From Candidatus Hodarchaeota archaeon (lineage in GTDB: Archaea; Asgardarchaeota; Lokiarchaeia; Sigyniarchaeales; SOKP01): a stretch of DNA of 64,000 nt. Location of the stretch: contig JBHLKM010000015.1 in the NCBI GenBank assembly GCA_048886685.1, positions 49,073-113,072 on the forward strand. Direction: 5' to 3'. Below, in pieces: positions 21,737 to 32,911 of this stretch (the stretch's first letter is position 1; the number at the start of each line of letters is the position of its first letter). Both the position numbers and the translations under genes were made by a program. Under the pieces are notes generated by a model, which made no database searches, was not told the origin of the DNA, and was given only the letters and a program-made list of their open reading frames with translations.

Positions 21737-22765
21737 ATGGTAAACCCTAAAGATATTGATTTTTACTCATTAGGATTTAATTTTATTGAGACTAACAGTA
21801 TGTTTGTTTCTGATTTTAAAGATGATAAATGGGATGAAGGTAAGCTTGTACCCTTTGGCAATATCGAAATTTCACCTGCAGCATGTGTATTAAATTATGG
21901 ACAAGGGATTTTTGAAGGAATGAAAGCATTAAGAGCAAAATCCGGAGAGATTACTTTATTTAAACCTTATGAAAATGGAAAAAGATTTAATAAAAGTGCT
22001 AAAAGGATGTTAATGCCGGAGTATGATATTGATAAATTCATAGAAGCTATCAAAAATGTGGTAAAAGCAAATGAAGATTACATCCCTCCTTACGATAGTG
22101 GAGGTGCTTTATATATTCGGCCTATGCTATTTGGAAATGGACCAATGCTAGGTGTATCACCTGCAAAAGAATTCAAGTTAATTATTTTTACAGCTCCGGT
22201 TGGACCATATTTCCCTGAGGGTTTTAAAGGTATTGATTTAGAGATTTCAAAAAAGTATACAAGAGCCGCACCGGGAGGAACTGGTTCGACAAAAACAATC
22301 TGTAATTACGCAGGAACAATGTTACCGGCAAAAGAAGCAAAATCTAGAGGTTTTGCTCAAATTTTATACTTAGACGCAGTTAATTTAGAGTTCATAGAGG
22401 AGGTCGGAGCAGCTAATTTTTTTGGATTAATAAAAGGTAAATTAGCTACTCCTAGAAAAACAGGAACAATACTCGAAGGAATCACAAGAGAAGCTATCTT
22501 GGAACTAGCATCAAAAAAACTAGGAATAGAAGTCGAAGAACGAGATATTTCTTATAAAGAATTATTCGAAGAGAGCTGTACTGAAGTTTTCTGTTCAGGA
22601 ACTGCCGCAGTTATTACACCGATAAGTTCGGTTTCTTTAGAAGGCAAAGAAAGGGTTTTCAATAATAAAGAACCTGGCGAAATAACAACAAAATTATATG
22701 AAATATTAACAGGAATACAGCGTTTAGAAATTGAAGATGAATTTGGATGGATAGTAAAAGTTTAA
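21737..22765 (+). CDS. ilvE: Branched-chain amino acid aminotransferase
   Basis: LNYGQGIFEGMKA, LYIRP, ILEGITR, GTAAVITP. Confidence 0.95.
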   Translation: MVNPKDIDFYSLGFNFIETNSMFVSDFKDDKWDEGKLVPFGNIEISPAACVLNYGQGIFEGMKALRAKSGEITLFKPYENGKRFNKSAKRMLMPEYDIDKFIEAIKNVVKANEDYIPPYDSGGALYIRPMLFGNGPMLGVSPAKEFKLIIFTAPVGPYFPEGFKGIDLEISKKYTRAAPGGTGSTKTICNYAGTMLPAKEAKSRGFAQILYLDAVNLEFIEEVGAANFFGLIKGKLATPRKTGTILEGITREAILELASKKLGIEVEERDISYKELFEESCTEVFCSGTAAVITPISSVSLEGKERVFNNKEPGEITTKLYEILTGIQRLEIEDEFGWIVKV

Positions 22766-22780
22766 TTATTACTTTTTCTT

Positions 22781-23290
22781 TTAATTTGATAATTTTTCAA
22801 TTAGACTATAAAAAGCTTCCTTTACATTAAATCCTGTTTTTGATGAGACTTTTAAGTATCCTATTACGTTCTTATTATTCCTTATAATCTCTGAGATATA
22901 ATCATCAAAAATATGTGCTTCACTAGTATCAACCATGTCTTTTTTTGTACCTATTATATAAGCAGGGATGCTTCCGTAATGATTTAATTTGTGAATCCAT
23001 TCCTCGACACCTTCAAGTGTATTAAATCGTGATAAGTCAAATAATATGAAAGCAGCGAGAGAGCCGTTTACAAAATCAGATAATAACTTCTTAAATTGAT
23101 TCTGTCCTGCAAGATCCCACATTACAAAGTTATATTCATATCCATTAATATGGACATCTTTAGAAAAGAAATCCACACCCTTAGTTAATTCCATATTTAT
23201 ATCGAAACTATCATGAATTAACCGGTTAAGAAATGATGTTTTTCCTACTCCTCCATCTCCAGATACAATGATTTTAATCGTTTTCTTCAT
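22781..23290 (-). CDS. Rab/Ras-like small GTPase
   Basis: GDGGVGKT, TKGVDF, WDLAGQ, variant G4 TKKD, VSSK. Confidence 0.9.
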   Translation of the reverse strand: MKKTIKIIVSGDGGVGKTSFLNRLIHDSFDINMELTKGVDFFSKDVHINGYEYNFVMWDLAGQNQFKKLLSDFVNGSLAAFILFDLSRFNTLEGVEEWIHKLNHYGSIPAYIIGTKKDMVDTSEAHIFDDYISEIIRNNKNVIGYLKVSSKTGFNVKEAFYSLIEKLSN

Positions 23291-23461
23291 TTCAATATAA
23301 CCTATTTTGTTTCAAATTTAAAAAAGTACAATAAAATTAGTTTTCCGTAATAATAGAACATAAAAAAAGTTTGTTTGTTAAATAATAGCTTTTATACAAT
23401 AACGTAAAATAGGTTTTTTGTAAATATCGGATAAAATTATTATTGTGATAATAGATCAAAT

Positions 23462-23854
23462 TTATGAGATACGGAGAAGTTGTGAACTCCCTGTACTAAT
23501 TAGTTCTTTCTCTTCATTCCAGACTTTTGCTTTACAGAAATAAATATTTTTTCCGCCTTTTATACATTTTGCATCGGTAATAAGGCGTCCTTTGGAAAAA
23601 GGTTTAAGAAATTCAACTTGTAAATCAATTGTGGTAATATATCCATTAGGATATATTAATGATAATGCAGCACACGCACATGCGGAATCTATCATAGCTG
23701 CTATAACACCCCCATGAACCATGCCATTCTGAGTTAAATCTTCTCTGACAATAAGTTCAAAAGTAGCTCTTCCATTACCAATCTCTTTCAGTTCAAGACC
23801 TAAGGTAGTGTAATATGGGATTCTCTCATAAAGAGCTTTTTTTATTTCTTCCAT
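23462..23854 (-). CDS. PaaI-family thioesterase
   Basis: QNGMVHGGVIAAMID hot-dog fold motif. Confidence 0.9.
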   Translation of the reverse strand: MEEIKKALYERIPYYTTLGLELKEIGNGRATFELIVREDLTQNGMVHGGVIAAMIDSACACAALSLIYPNGYITTIDLQVEFLKPFSKGRLITDAKCIKGGKNIYFCKAKVWNEEKELISTGSSQLLRIS

Positions 23855-23946
23855 ATTAATTATCTCATTCTCCCGGAATTTAACCTTTATTACTTAATTT
23901 TTTTTCATAAATACAAAGAAATAAAATTTAAGTAAACCACAAATTC

Positions 23947-24834
23947 TTGATGCTCAAATTTTCAGTAAATGACCACCTCGATCTTCGGCTAGAAAACAAT
24001 AAAACGAATATATATGTAAATAATGAGTTGTTTATCCAGTGCAAATATCTCCTTTTAAATGTACCTATGGAGGAAATAGATAGTTTCGATGATATAAATT
24101 CGATTGATAAAGCTGTTGTAAAATTGAATAGATCTCTTGAATTTTTAACCCAGAAAGAGATTCCTATTTCCCCAGAGATTCAATTTTGGGGACATTGTTC
24201 TAATTTGCAAGCGTGGTACGAAAATGATTATAACTCGCGTCTAATCCATAGTAATATAGCTTTTCCGTTACTTAGAAAACTCACAGAAGCAGGAGATCTT
24301 CTAGCAAAAAAGGTATTTAAAGAAGAAATCGCAAAGAGGTTTGAAACGGGACATATAGGTACAATCCAATTTTTTGCTTATAACAATTACCTAAATTTTC
24401 TAAATAAAACAGAATTAGAATGTCTATTTGAACAAACGAGTCCTAATTTAATTGAAACTGTATTAATTCAGTTAAAACAATTAATGATTTCTAGCTTGAC
24501 TAATTATAGAAAAATTAAAGATTTGATAGATATACTTTTGTTTATAGACTTAAAGTATAATAGAACCTTTCTAATTGAAATTTTTGAAAATATTCCTCAA
24601 AAATATGAAGAACAATTTGGAAAATTAGTTTTATTACATCTTAACTATAAGGAGTTTAATCACTACAAAATCCCCTATGGTAAATTTTACCACTATTTCG
24701 AGCATTTCATTACCTTTCTGTATGAAAACTATCCTTACTTTAACGAATTGCTTAGATTTTTAGATGCTGGTTTTTATAATTCTTCCTTTTCACTAGACGA
24801 GAGATTAGCTTATGGTACAGTCTCTTACAAATGA
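23947..24834 (+). CDS. Lokiarchaeal paralogous-family protein
   Basis: FWGHCSNLQAW…IAFPLLRKLTEAGD motif, which I recognise from expanded Lokiarchaeia hypothetical/LRR proteins; divergent paralog at 30555. Confidence 0.7.
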   Translation: MMLKFSVNDHLDLRLENNKTNIYVNNELFIQCKYLLLNVPMEEIDSFDDINSIDKAVVKLNRSLEFLTQKEIPISPEIQFWGHCSNLQAWYENDYNSRLIHSNIAFPLLRKLTEAGDLLAKKVFKEEIAKRFETGHIGTIQFFAYNNYLNFLNKTELECLFEQTSPNLIETVLIQLKQLMISSLTNYRKIKDLIDILLFIDLKYNRTFLIEIFENIPQKYEEQFGKLVLLHLNYKEFNHYKIPYGKFYHYFEHFITFLYENYPYFNELLRFLDAGFYNSSFSLDERLAYGTVSYK

Positions 24835-25562
24835 AAAATGAAAATACTTTAATACAAACTTTAGAAGAATTTGATTTAGGTTTTCATTCAGCAGGTCCTT
24901 TTAAATATACAAGTGCTCCTATGGTGAAAGCATGCTTAAAAACTAGTACAAACTATGTTGATATTACCGGCGAAATCCCTGTTTTTGAGCAGAATTTCAA
25001 GTATAATGCCCAAGCAAAAGCTAAAGGAATAGCAATTATATCAGGAGTAGGTTTTGATGTTTAAACCTCTTGATAAGGAAGAGGTTCGAAAAATACGGTT
25101 TTCTGATAAAGAAAGGACAGTAAGACCTGTTAGTTGGGGCGATCTATCTACTGCTCATCGAACGACTGGTATACCAAATATAACTACCTACTTTCTCTTA
25201 CCAAAAAAATTTCCAAATTTACTGGGTCTCTTGGTATTTCACCTAAAGAAATGAGTGAAAATGAGGAATCTAAGAAAAAGGTTGAAAGGTGGATTGAAGA
25301 AAATATTCATGGTCCCGATGAATTCAAGCAAAAAATCTATCGATGCTATATATCGGCTTCGGTATATAACAATAAAGGTATGATAGCGCATGCTTGGCTT
25401 GAAACAATGGAGTCTTATCGTTTCACTGCTGTTGCAGGAGTGAGATCTGTAGAGAAATTGTTCGATATTGGCCCTACAGGGGCGTTAACACCAGCTTTAG
25501 CTTTTGGGGAGGATTTTATATTAGAGATACCTGAGACAAAACGTTTTGATTCTATTAATTAA
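24831..25562 (+). pseudogene. Saccharopine dehydrogenase-like oxidoreductase, fragmented
   Basis: AGPF…YVDITGE…GVGFD, WGDLSTA…TGIPNI and GALTPALAFG lie in three ORFs; N-terminal Rossmann motif missing. Confidence 0.85.
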
Positions 25563-25656
25563 GATTTTAACAATAAATTTATTTTCTATCTAAAATATTC
25601 CATTAATAAAATCAATTTCCTATACTTCAATTCTCTGAACATTATAATTTGGATTT

Positions 25657-25872
25657 ATGACAAATTCGTCAATTATAGTAAAGTTAAATATTAAGAATTG
25701 TACTGGATGTGGTACTTGTGTCGAATATTGCCCTAATTGTGCAATCCCATATTCTTTAATTGGGTTCATATCCTCATTAGCAAAAATTGATACCAATTTA
25801 TGTAATGGATGTGGAAAATGTGTTGAAATCTGCTCACATAAAGCTATTTTAATTCTGAATCAAAATTGTTAA
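25657..25872 (+). CDS. 2[4Fe-4S] ferredoxin-like protein
   Basis: CTGCGTCVEYCP and CNGCGKCVEIC. Confidence 0.88.
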   Translation: MTNSSIIVKLNIKNCTGCGTCVEYCPNCAIPYSLIGFISSLAKIDTNLCNGCGKCVEICSHKAILILNQNC

Positions 25873-26069
25873 AAATATTCATTACATTTAAATTATTTTT
25901 ATAAATCTCAGTGAAGAGGATCATCTAAAATTTGAATCACATCTAGATCACTGATATATCAGATTTAGGAGTAATAATATTTAAGTAGTAAAAAATTATC
26001 ATTAGAAAGATTTATAAAGGTTCTAAATTAACTGAAAAAGTAAAAAGCTTCTAAAAGTGAGATTGTTCT

Positions 26070-27338
26070 ATGGAAGAAGAACATATTTTTTTAAAATTAT
26101 TTGGTCAAAAACTCATTAGTTATAAGAAGCTTAAAAATGGTCAAGTCGCAGGAACAGGTATTCTCAACCCTCTCCTTGATAGGTTACGAATATATCGTTT
26201 AATTTTTATGATACTCTTACAAGCTAATTTCTATAAAAATTATGATACAATTGGAAAATGGGAAGGAAAAATGGTTGCGAATACTTTTGCTCCTCCAATT
26301 GGAAGCCGTCCTATGATCCGTGCTTTAAAGGGATTAATAAAATCCCAATTGATGCCGTATCCCTTCCCTGTTGCGATGACTTTCGCGATTACATATAAAT
26401 GTCAGTGTAAATGTGTACATTGCAGCGCTGGCAGGCATTTTAAAAAGGATAAGAAAGAATTGTCCACAGAAGAGGCTAAAAAATTAATTGATGACGCACA
26501 GAAATTGGGTGTGACTATAATTGCCTTCACAGGAGGAGAGCCTTTAATGCGAGAAGATGTTTTTGAGCTTATATCTCATGTAGATAAAAAGAAAGCAATG
26601 CCTATAATGTTTACAAATGGTCAATTTCTTACAGATGAAAATGTGGAAAAATTAGCCGAAGCTGGACTGTATTCATTATTTTTGAGTATTGATTCCCCTA
26701 ATCCTGAAGAACATAACAATTTAAGAGGAATGCCAGGATTATTTGAGACCGCTATTGAAGGAATTAAGAAGGTGAAATCAAAAGGGATTTTTGCTGGTTT
26801 CTCCTCTTATGCTACCCGCTCTGGAACAGAAGCAGGAATATACAAAACGCTACATGAATTAGCTATGGAGCTTGGTCTTCACAACATAATCCTTTTTGAT
26901 TGCGTACCTACGGGAAATATGTTGAAGGATACAAGCGAAATGTTAACATTTGAATTGCGAGAAAAACTTCATAAATATTCTGCTGACGTGTTTAAAAATA
27001 AAATTGTTCCACCACTTTCATCTCAAGCATGGCAAAATTCTGTGGAAGCATACCTTTCCGGAATAGGTTGCTTGGCTGCTAATATTCAATACTACGCTTC
27101 TGCTTATGGAGATATTGCCCCTTGTGATTTTACTCCTCTTTCTTTTGGAAATATTAGGGATGAACCGTTAAAAAAGATCTGGATGCGAATGGTGAAACAT
27201 CCTGCCTTTAGTCACAGAAGTCCTTTCTGTAGAATGCAAAATAAAGAATTCCGAGACATTTATATTAATCCTATACCTGATGACGCTTATCTTCCATATG
27301 AAATAAAGAATCTTCCTAGTGTTGACTATCGAAAATAG
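26070..27338 (+). CDS. Radical SAM protein with SPASM/twitch-like C-terminus
   Basis: CQCKCVHC, FTGGEP, GCLAA…GDIAPCDF. Confidence 0.9.
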   Translation: MEEEHIFLKLFGQKLISYKKLKNGQVAGTGILNPLLDRLRIYRLIFMILLQANFYKNYDTIGKWEGKMVANTFAPPIGSRPMIRALKGLIKSQLMPYPFPVAMTFAITYKCQCKCVHCSAGRHFKKDKKELSTEEAKKLIDDAQKLGVTIIAFTGGEPLMREDVFELISHVDKKKAMPIMFTNGQFLTDENVEKLAEAGLYSLFLSIDSPNPEEHNNLRGMPGLFETAIEGIKKVKSKGIFAGFSSYATRSGTEAGIYKTLHELAMELGLHNIILFDCVPTGNMLKDTSEMLTFELREKLHKYSADVFKNKIVPPLSSQAWQNSVEAYLSGIGCLAANIQYYASAYGDIAPCDFTPLSFGNIRDEPLKKIWMRMVKHPAFSHRSPFCRMQNKEFRDIYINPIPDDAYLPYEIKNLPSVDYRK

Positions 27339-27365
27339 TAAATTCTTAAGCTTATAAGATAGAGA

Positions 27366-28898
27366 TTAAAAATCCGTATTTTTATTTAGGATATAATTAT
27401 TAATCTTGATAATATTACTTTTAGTCTTATAATCATGATAAACATTAAATTTCTTCCCTACTAATTCCTCCTGAATTAATTCTTCTAGTTTTTTTCCATC
27501 TCCTTTTATATGTGCTAAGGTACGAGCACCATTTGCAAGATTTCCGATTACAATACCCCCGTTTGGTATTCCATTTCTTCCATAAATGACAGTATAGGCT
27601 TCTATTGTAAGAGTTCCATTAGCTATTTCAACAGGTTTAGCAAGTTCTCCTTTTAAAATTTCTTTTTGAATTTCAGAAACTTCACTAAGACCCCATGGCT
27701 TTGTTGGGGGTTCTTTCCCATAAATTCCTACTGATTGTTTAGTATTATATCCCCCATTTGCAACTACCATGATTTTCAAGGATGGGTTCTCACGTACAAG
27801 ATCTACAGCAGTTATTACTGGATGTAGAGAGTAATTATTCCATGGACCCCCAAAAAATGGCAAGCCTCCAGTTATAGTAAGTGGTCGTGGATCTTGCTCT
27901 TTAATTTCCAGTTCGTTTAAAATAATCTGTACCATTGATGGAAAGCAACTATATAAATCAAAAAGATTAATATCCTCAATTTTAAGGCCAGCTTGTGAGA
28001 GTGCTAAATGAGAAGCATGCTTTACAGCAGGAGAGTTAATTAAGTTAGGGCGTTGAGTTATATTAAATATATTTTGAAGATCAGCACCTCCCATTGGATA
28101 AACCCATTTACGAGGATTAATATTTAATTCTTTCGCATATTCTTGAGCGGTTAACAATATGGCACCAGCTTGATCTGTAAATGGATTAGAACACATAAAT
28201 TTTGTATAAGGATGGTTTACATTGCGATTTTTAGCTGTTGGTGTAATAATTTCTTGTGCGCTATAAGGTTCTTTAAGCCAGGCATAAGGGTTTTTAGAGG
28301 CGATTTTACTAAAGTGTTCAAATAATTTTCCAATATGATGTTGGTGTTCTTCTAAGCTTCTCCCTGAGGCTGCCCTCAATGCTGTTTCAAAGAGAGCATA
28401 AGAAATTGAAGGTATAAACAACCTATAATTATTTTCAAATTCATTTAAATCCTTCCAGAATCCCCCCTCTTTAATTTTTGATTCCTTTCTTTTAGGCCAG
28501 TTTAGGACAAGTTTATTTTTTCTTGCACGACTAGTTGAATACCAAGCTTCCGCCCCTGTAATAAGTACCAATTTACTTTTTCCTTCAGTAATATTTATAG
28601 CTACCTGGTTAATAAGACTTTGAGAAGTATTACCTCCGGCTGATGAAAAAAGTTTGTTTGAGGGTTTAATTCCTACCATTTCACTTAATTCACTAGGAGC
28701 ATCTTCATATGACCAAGTTCTAAAATAAACTACATATACAGCATCAATGTATTCATTCAAATTTTTTATTCCTGTGTCTCTAATAGCTAATTTACTTACT
28801 TTAGCTATCAAGCTAAGTGGATCTAGTGGTTTTTCTGTTTCCTTAGGTTGAGTGAATTGAGCAGCACCGATAATAATTGGACAATTTTTTAAACTCAT
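27366..28898 (-). CDS. Thiolase-like acetyl-CoA acetyltransferase family protein
   Basis: GGNTSQ, FDLYSCFPS, TITGGLPFFGGPWNNYSLH. Confidence 0.85.
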   Translation of the reverse strand: MSLKNCPIIIGAAQFTQPKETEKPLDPLSLIAKVSKLAIRDTGIKNLNEYIDAVYVVYFRTWSYEDAPSELSEMVGIKPSNKLFSSAGGNTSQSLINQVAINITEGKSKLVLITGAEAWYSTSRARKNKLVLNWPKRKESKIKEGGFWKDLNEFENNYRLFIPSISYALFETALRAASGRSLEEHQHHIGKLFEHFSKIASKNPYAWLKEPYSAQEIITPTAKNRNVNHPYTKFMCSNPFTDQAGAILLTAQEYAKELNINPRKWVYPMGGADLQNIFNITQRPNLINSPAVKHASHLALSQAGLKIEDINLFDLYSCFPSMVQIILNELEIKEQDPRPLTITGGLPFFGGPWNNYSLHPVITAVDLVRENPSLKIMVVANGGYNTKQSVGIYGKEPPTKPWGLSEVSEIQKEILKGELAKPVEIANGTLTIEAYTVIYGRNGIPNGGIVIGNLANGARTLAHIKGDGKKLEELIQEELVGKKFNVYHDYKTKSNIIKINNYILNKNTDF

Positions 28899-28971
28899 CT
28901 TGATGAAAACGAATATGTTTAATTTATTTTAATTGAATTCTGTATTAAATTCATTAGTATTATTATTTCTC

Positions 28972-29517
28972 TTAGTATTTCATCAAAAATTCTTCGGGGA
29001 TTTCTTGTCCTAATCCCGCTTCTTTAAATTTCTGACCATTATCTGCATAAAGATTAGAACCCCATTCTTCCATCCTTCTACTTGGATATTCTTTTTTTTT
29101 GATAGCAGGGATACCAGCATAAAGACAGTTATCTTCTGCTTCTCCTCTAATAACCGATCCCCCTGCGATAACTACCCCAGTTCCAATTTTCGAGTTTTGT
29201 AAGACGGAGGCGCTAATTCCTATTAAAGTTTTATCACCAATAGTGGTGGGGCCATGTACCATTGATAAATGTCCGAGAGTTACATTTTTACCTATTTTAC
29301 ATAGCCCTCCAACCGTTGTATGGATGACGCAGTTCTCTTGAATACTTGTGTTTTCACCCACAATAATTTTACCCCAATCCCCTCTTAATTTCGCACCAAA
29401 CCATATGTTTACATAAGCACCAATCTCTACATCACCAATAATAATCGCGTCTTTAGCTATAAATGCTGTGGGATGAATTCTTGGAGTTGTTCCATTATAA
29501 GGTGATACAACAATCAT
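28972..29517 (-). CDS. Gamma-carbonic anhydrase family (PaaY/CaiE-like)
   Basis: Hexapeptide repeats, IIGDVEIG…LRGD…IQENCVIH. Confidence 0.9.
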   Translation of the reverse strand: MIVVSPYNGTTPRIHPTAFIAKDAIIIGDVEIGAYVNIWFGAKLRGDWGKIIVGENTSIQENCVIHTTVGGLCKIGKNVTLGHLSMVHGPTTIGDKTLIGISASVLQNSKIGTGVVIAGGSVIRGEAEDNCLYAGIPAIKKKEYPSRRMEEWGSNLYADNGQKFKEAGLGQEIPEEFLMKY

Positions 29518-29825
29518 GTTAATAACTTCAAAATCTTTTAAAAAATATTTAGGTTGAATTCTAAAGACTCAAAAATTATTTAAGATTTTTGGATAAAACT
29601 CTATTATTATATGTTTAGGTAATAAGCAGAATTATTGAACTTAAGGTAAAGAAAAACATTAAAATCATCAATATGAAACTTATGATATAACACACCTCGT
29701 GGTGAGTAATATGGCATATTGATGAAACGATAATATATAAAACCGTAAAAAGAATAAACGATAAATATGATATTGTCAGTCTATATTTCATTAAAATAGA
29801 ATATCCTTTTCTTCTATTTAGGTTT

Positions 29826-30320
29826 TCACATTTTGAAATTCTTTTTTTTTTTTAGCATATGAATCATTTCAAAAGACATGATAAATTCTTTTGTTAAATC
29901 TAGATTAACCTTATTGACTGTAAATAAAGAGTATAATACCCCTCTGTCAGAATATGTCTTTGAATCTTTCTTGTTGATAATTTTAACTTCTACTTCCATT
30001 GTATCATTTACTCTTAGAGAATTTTTAAATTTTAAATCCTTTATTCCTAATAAAGCTATAACTGTTCTTTCTAAAATACCAAGTTTCAAAAAAAGACCAA
30101 TTGCTAATGGAATAATAAACGGTCCAGGAAAAACATGAGATTTATAGGGCATTTCTTTTGTAGCATATATCTCATCGAAAAACATAGATAAATTAAACCA
30201 ACATAAATTACAGAAGTCAAGTAAATCAGCTTCCCTTAAGGTTCTCCTTGATGTAATATATATTTCTCCCTCATGAAATTCCTCAAAAAATTTTCCTCGC
30301 ATTTCAGAGATATAAAACAC
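29826..30320 (-). CDS. MaoC-like dehydratase
   Basis: GKFFEEF, RRTLREAD hot-dog fold signature. Confidence 0.8.
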   Translation of the reverse strand: MFYISEMRGKFFEEFHEGEIYITSRRTLREADLLDFCNLCWFNLSMFFDEIYATKEMPYKSHVFPGPFIIPLAIGLFLKLGILERTVIALLGIKDLKFKNSLRVNDTMEVEVKIINKKDSKTYSDRGVLYSLFTVNKVNLDLTKEFIMSFEMIHMLKKKKNFKM

Positions 30321-30554
30321 CTTAATTTCTCATGTTCCTCTCTTGAAATAATAATATTAATTTTAAATGAATTTTGAGTAGAAAATAACTTTTATTGAAA
30401 TTGGTATTCAATTTATTTTCTAGGTTCAATTTATATATTCTTTGCTTATTACTAAAGTTTATAATTTTTTTACCTTTTCTTTCTGTAAGGAAATACATAC
30501 TTTAAGACTAAAGAGAGATTTTTATAAGAAGAAATTTATAGAGTCGCATAATAA

Positions 30555-31076
30555 ATGAAGGAAAATATTAAACGGGATAATTATACTATTGTAAAATCAA
30601 ATAAAGTCAATGATTATATTTCTATAAAAATTATCACCTCATCAATTAATCAAAAGATCGAAGAAAGTGAATCTTTTAAGCTTTCTGAAAGAGGAACTAA
30701 AATAATTATTTTTGTAAAGAATAAACCTATAATTGTAATACCTAGCAGGTTGTTCCCTTCATTAAAGACGTTAAATCAGGGAATAAATGAACTAATAGAT
30801 AGATATGAATATAATCAGAAAATTTATTCAATGAAAACCATTTTCCGAAGACTTATTTCAAATTTAATCATATGGTCTGAAAATAATTACAATACACAAC
30901 TTATAGACCATAAAATTGCCTTTCCTTTGTTGAAAGAGCTTAGGAAGGTTGGAGAAACCAAATTTCAGATTATTTTACAACAAGAAATATTAAAAACCTA
31001 CGCTACAAGCCCATTTCAAGTTAAAGAATTTTTAAAATGTGAAGGATATTTAGACTTCATAGGGGATTTTTTCTAA
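30555..31076 (+). CDS. Hypothetical protein, divergent paralog of 23947
   Basis: SNLIIWSENNYNTQLIDHKIAFPLLKEL matches the 23947 motif. Confidence 0.65.
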   Translation: MKENIKRDNYTIVKSNKVNDYISIKIITSSINQKIEESESFKLSERGTKIIIFVKNKPIIVIPSRLFPSLKTLNQGINELIDRYEYNQKIYSMKTIFRRLISNLIIWSENNYNTQLIDHKIAFPLLKELRKVGETKFQIILQQEILKTYATSPFQVKEFLKCEGYLDFIGDFF

Positions 31077-31123
31077 CTTCTATATTTAAAATAGAATTAA
31101 AAAAAAAAAATTGAAAAAAAGAT

Positions 31124-32602
31124 TTAAGCTTTATTTAATTCATCCTTAATTCCGGCAATCTTTTTTACCATGTCTTTTCTGGATTCAATATCATACTGAG
31201 TTGTAATTGCTATACTTTCCATTACAGGGGAACCTCCACCATGATAACTTCCGAATAGATGAACCCCACCCGTTGCAGAACAGTAAATATCACCAACATA
31301 CCGCCAGAATTGTGCCGCATTTTCAGGTGAAATATTTGGATTTCGAGTAATATATTTGTAAAGATGTTCTTTTAACTCTGGATTCACAAAATCTCTTTCA
31401 TGGGGAAAAGTTGCAGGAATACCTCCTGAAAGATCAACAATAATTTCAGCTTCACGAAAAACATTCTCTCCTGACAAACATCTTCCAACATTACAATAAA
31501 TTGAATTTGGAATATAACTTCCGGGACCATAAGGAATGAAACCTACTCCAGGCATATATACTTCTGGTTTACCCAAATCAGAAGCAGTGTATCCTGCGGC
31601 ATAGCCAAGTTCAGTAACCATGATTAATTCAGCTAATTTACTCCTCACATGTGATGCTCTATGAATGTTATTATATTCGGCTGCTAAAGCAGCAGTTCCT
31701 ACAACTAGATCTCCTATTGCTGGTTTACATCCTGAATAACTATGACGATGAAATAGAGCAAATAACAATGCAAGAGTACCAGCATGTTGATATTCACCGC
31801 ATAGAAAAACCCTTTCCCATGGAACAAATACGTCATCAAAAATAATATATGAATCTGTTGCCCCTGGCATAAATCCACGCTTAAAATGTTCTCTTTCGCG
31901 AAGGTTATGAATAGTAACCACTTGTTTAACTCCTTCATAATCTCCAGGCACTGCAAAAGCAACAGCGTAATCCTTATCTTCTGGTCTCAATGCTCTAGTT
32001 GGAACGACTATTATCTCATCAGATACAGAAGCTTCTGAAATATGAAGTTTGCATCCACGAACAATAATTCCATCATTTCTTTTTTCTACAACTCGAACAT
32101 ACATGTCTGGATCTTCTTGATCTGCGGGTCGTTTTATTCGGTTGCCTTTAACATCGGTCTGAGCACATGCTGCTATTAAATCTTCCTTTTGAAAACGCTC
32201 CAACCATTTTTTAAAGTTCTCATGATAGTTCGTTTCTCCATTGTTGGATTTATCTGCTTCATAACTAACATTATATACAGCATTGGTTCCATCACAGCCC
32301 ATACAACGTTGAATACATCCACCGATTTTTTGACAGATTTTTCGAGTCAGATCTTGCTTTTTATGAAGATCATCAGTATTTTGATGTATATGTGTAAAGC
32401 GATTAATTATTTCACCAGAAAGGTGGGATTTTGCGAAGATTAAATCCTTATATTCTGGGTCATCTACTACATCATAAGTAGTTCCAATAGTATTGATACA
32501 AGCCATCTGTCGTTCGTCTAATCGATCAATCTTTTCCCCATTAAAGTAAATATTGTTCCTCATTTTGCTTAAAGCTTTCATATATTCTTCTTTTGTTCTC
32601 AT
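31124..32602 (-). CDS. abfD: 4-hydroxybutyryl-CoA dehydratase-like (HpaB/AbfD family)
   Basis: CIQRCMGCD and HRHSYSGCK Fe-S ligand motifs, AQTDVKG, HGGGSP. Confidence 0.8.
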   Translation of the reverse strand: MRTKEEYMKALSKMRNNIYFNGEKIDRLDERQMACINTIGTTYDVVDDPEYKDLIFAKSHLSGEIINRFTHIHQNTDDLHKKQDLTRKICQKIGGCIQRCMGCDGTNAVYNVSYEADKSNNGETNYHENFKKWLERFQKEDLIAACAQTDVKGNRIKRPADQEDPDMYVRVVEKRNDGIIVRGCKLHISEASVSDEIIVVPTRALRPEDKDYAVAFAVPGDYEGVKQVVTIHNLREREHFKRGFMPGATDSYIIFDDVFVPWERVFLCGEYQHAGTLALLFALFHRHSYSGCKPAIGDLVVGTAALAAEYNNIHRASHVRSKLAELIMVTELGYAAGYTASDLGKPEVYMPGVGFIPYGPGSYIPNSIYCNVGRCLSGENVFREAEIIVDLSGGIPATFPHERDFVNPELKEHLYKYITRNPNISPENAAQFWRYVGDIYCSATGGVHLFGSYHGGGSPVMESIAITTQYDIESRKDMVKKIAGIKDELNKA

Positions 32603-32911
32603 CTTGTAGACCTTGTTTATAATATAATATAGAATTTCACCATTTTATGCTATTACTTCTTTACAAATCATGAAAAGAGGTAATATACTAAAAAATGGTG
32701 ATCATCTACATATTATTTCAAATGATTTAAAATATTAATTATTTAATGATTTAGTTCTAGATGACCATACTTATCTTTAGTTTTTCTACCAGATTATAAA
32801 ATAACTAGTCTCCAAATTAGTCTAAATTGATTATATAATCATTTAATTCTTTAATAATCAATCTTTTTACATAATAACTTACAATAGAAGTTTTTTAATA
32901 GGAGATTTTTT

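Noticed and set aside
17167-23290. Functional link between the ICMT-like gene and the Rab-like GTPases (prenyl-cysteine methylation)
   Set aside because: Neither GTPase ends in CaaX, CC or CxC, and ICMT/PEMT-family proteins are widespread in prokaryotes.
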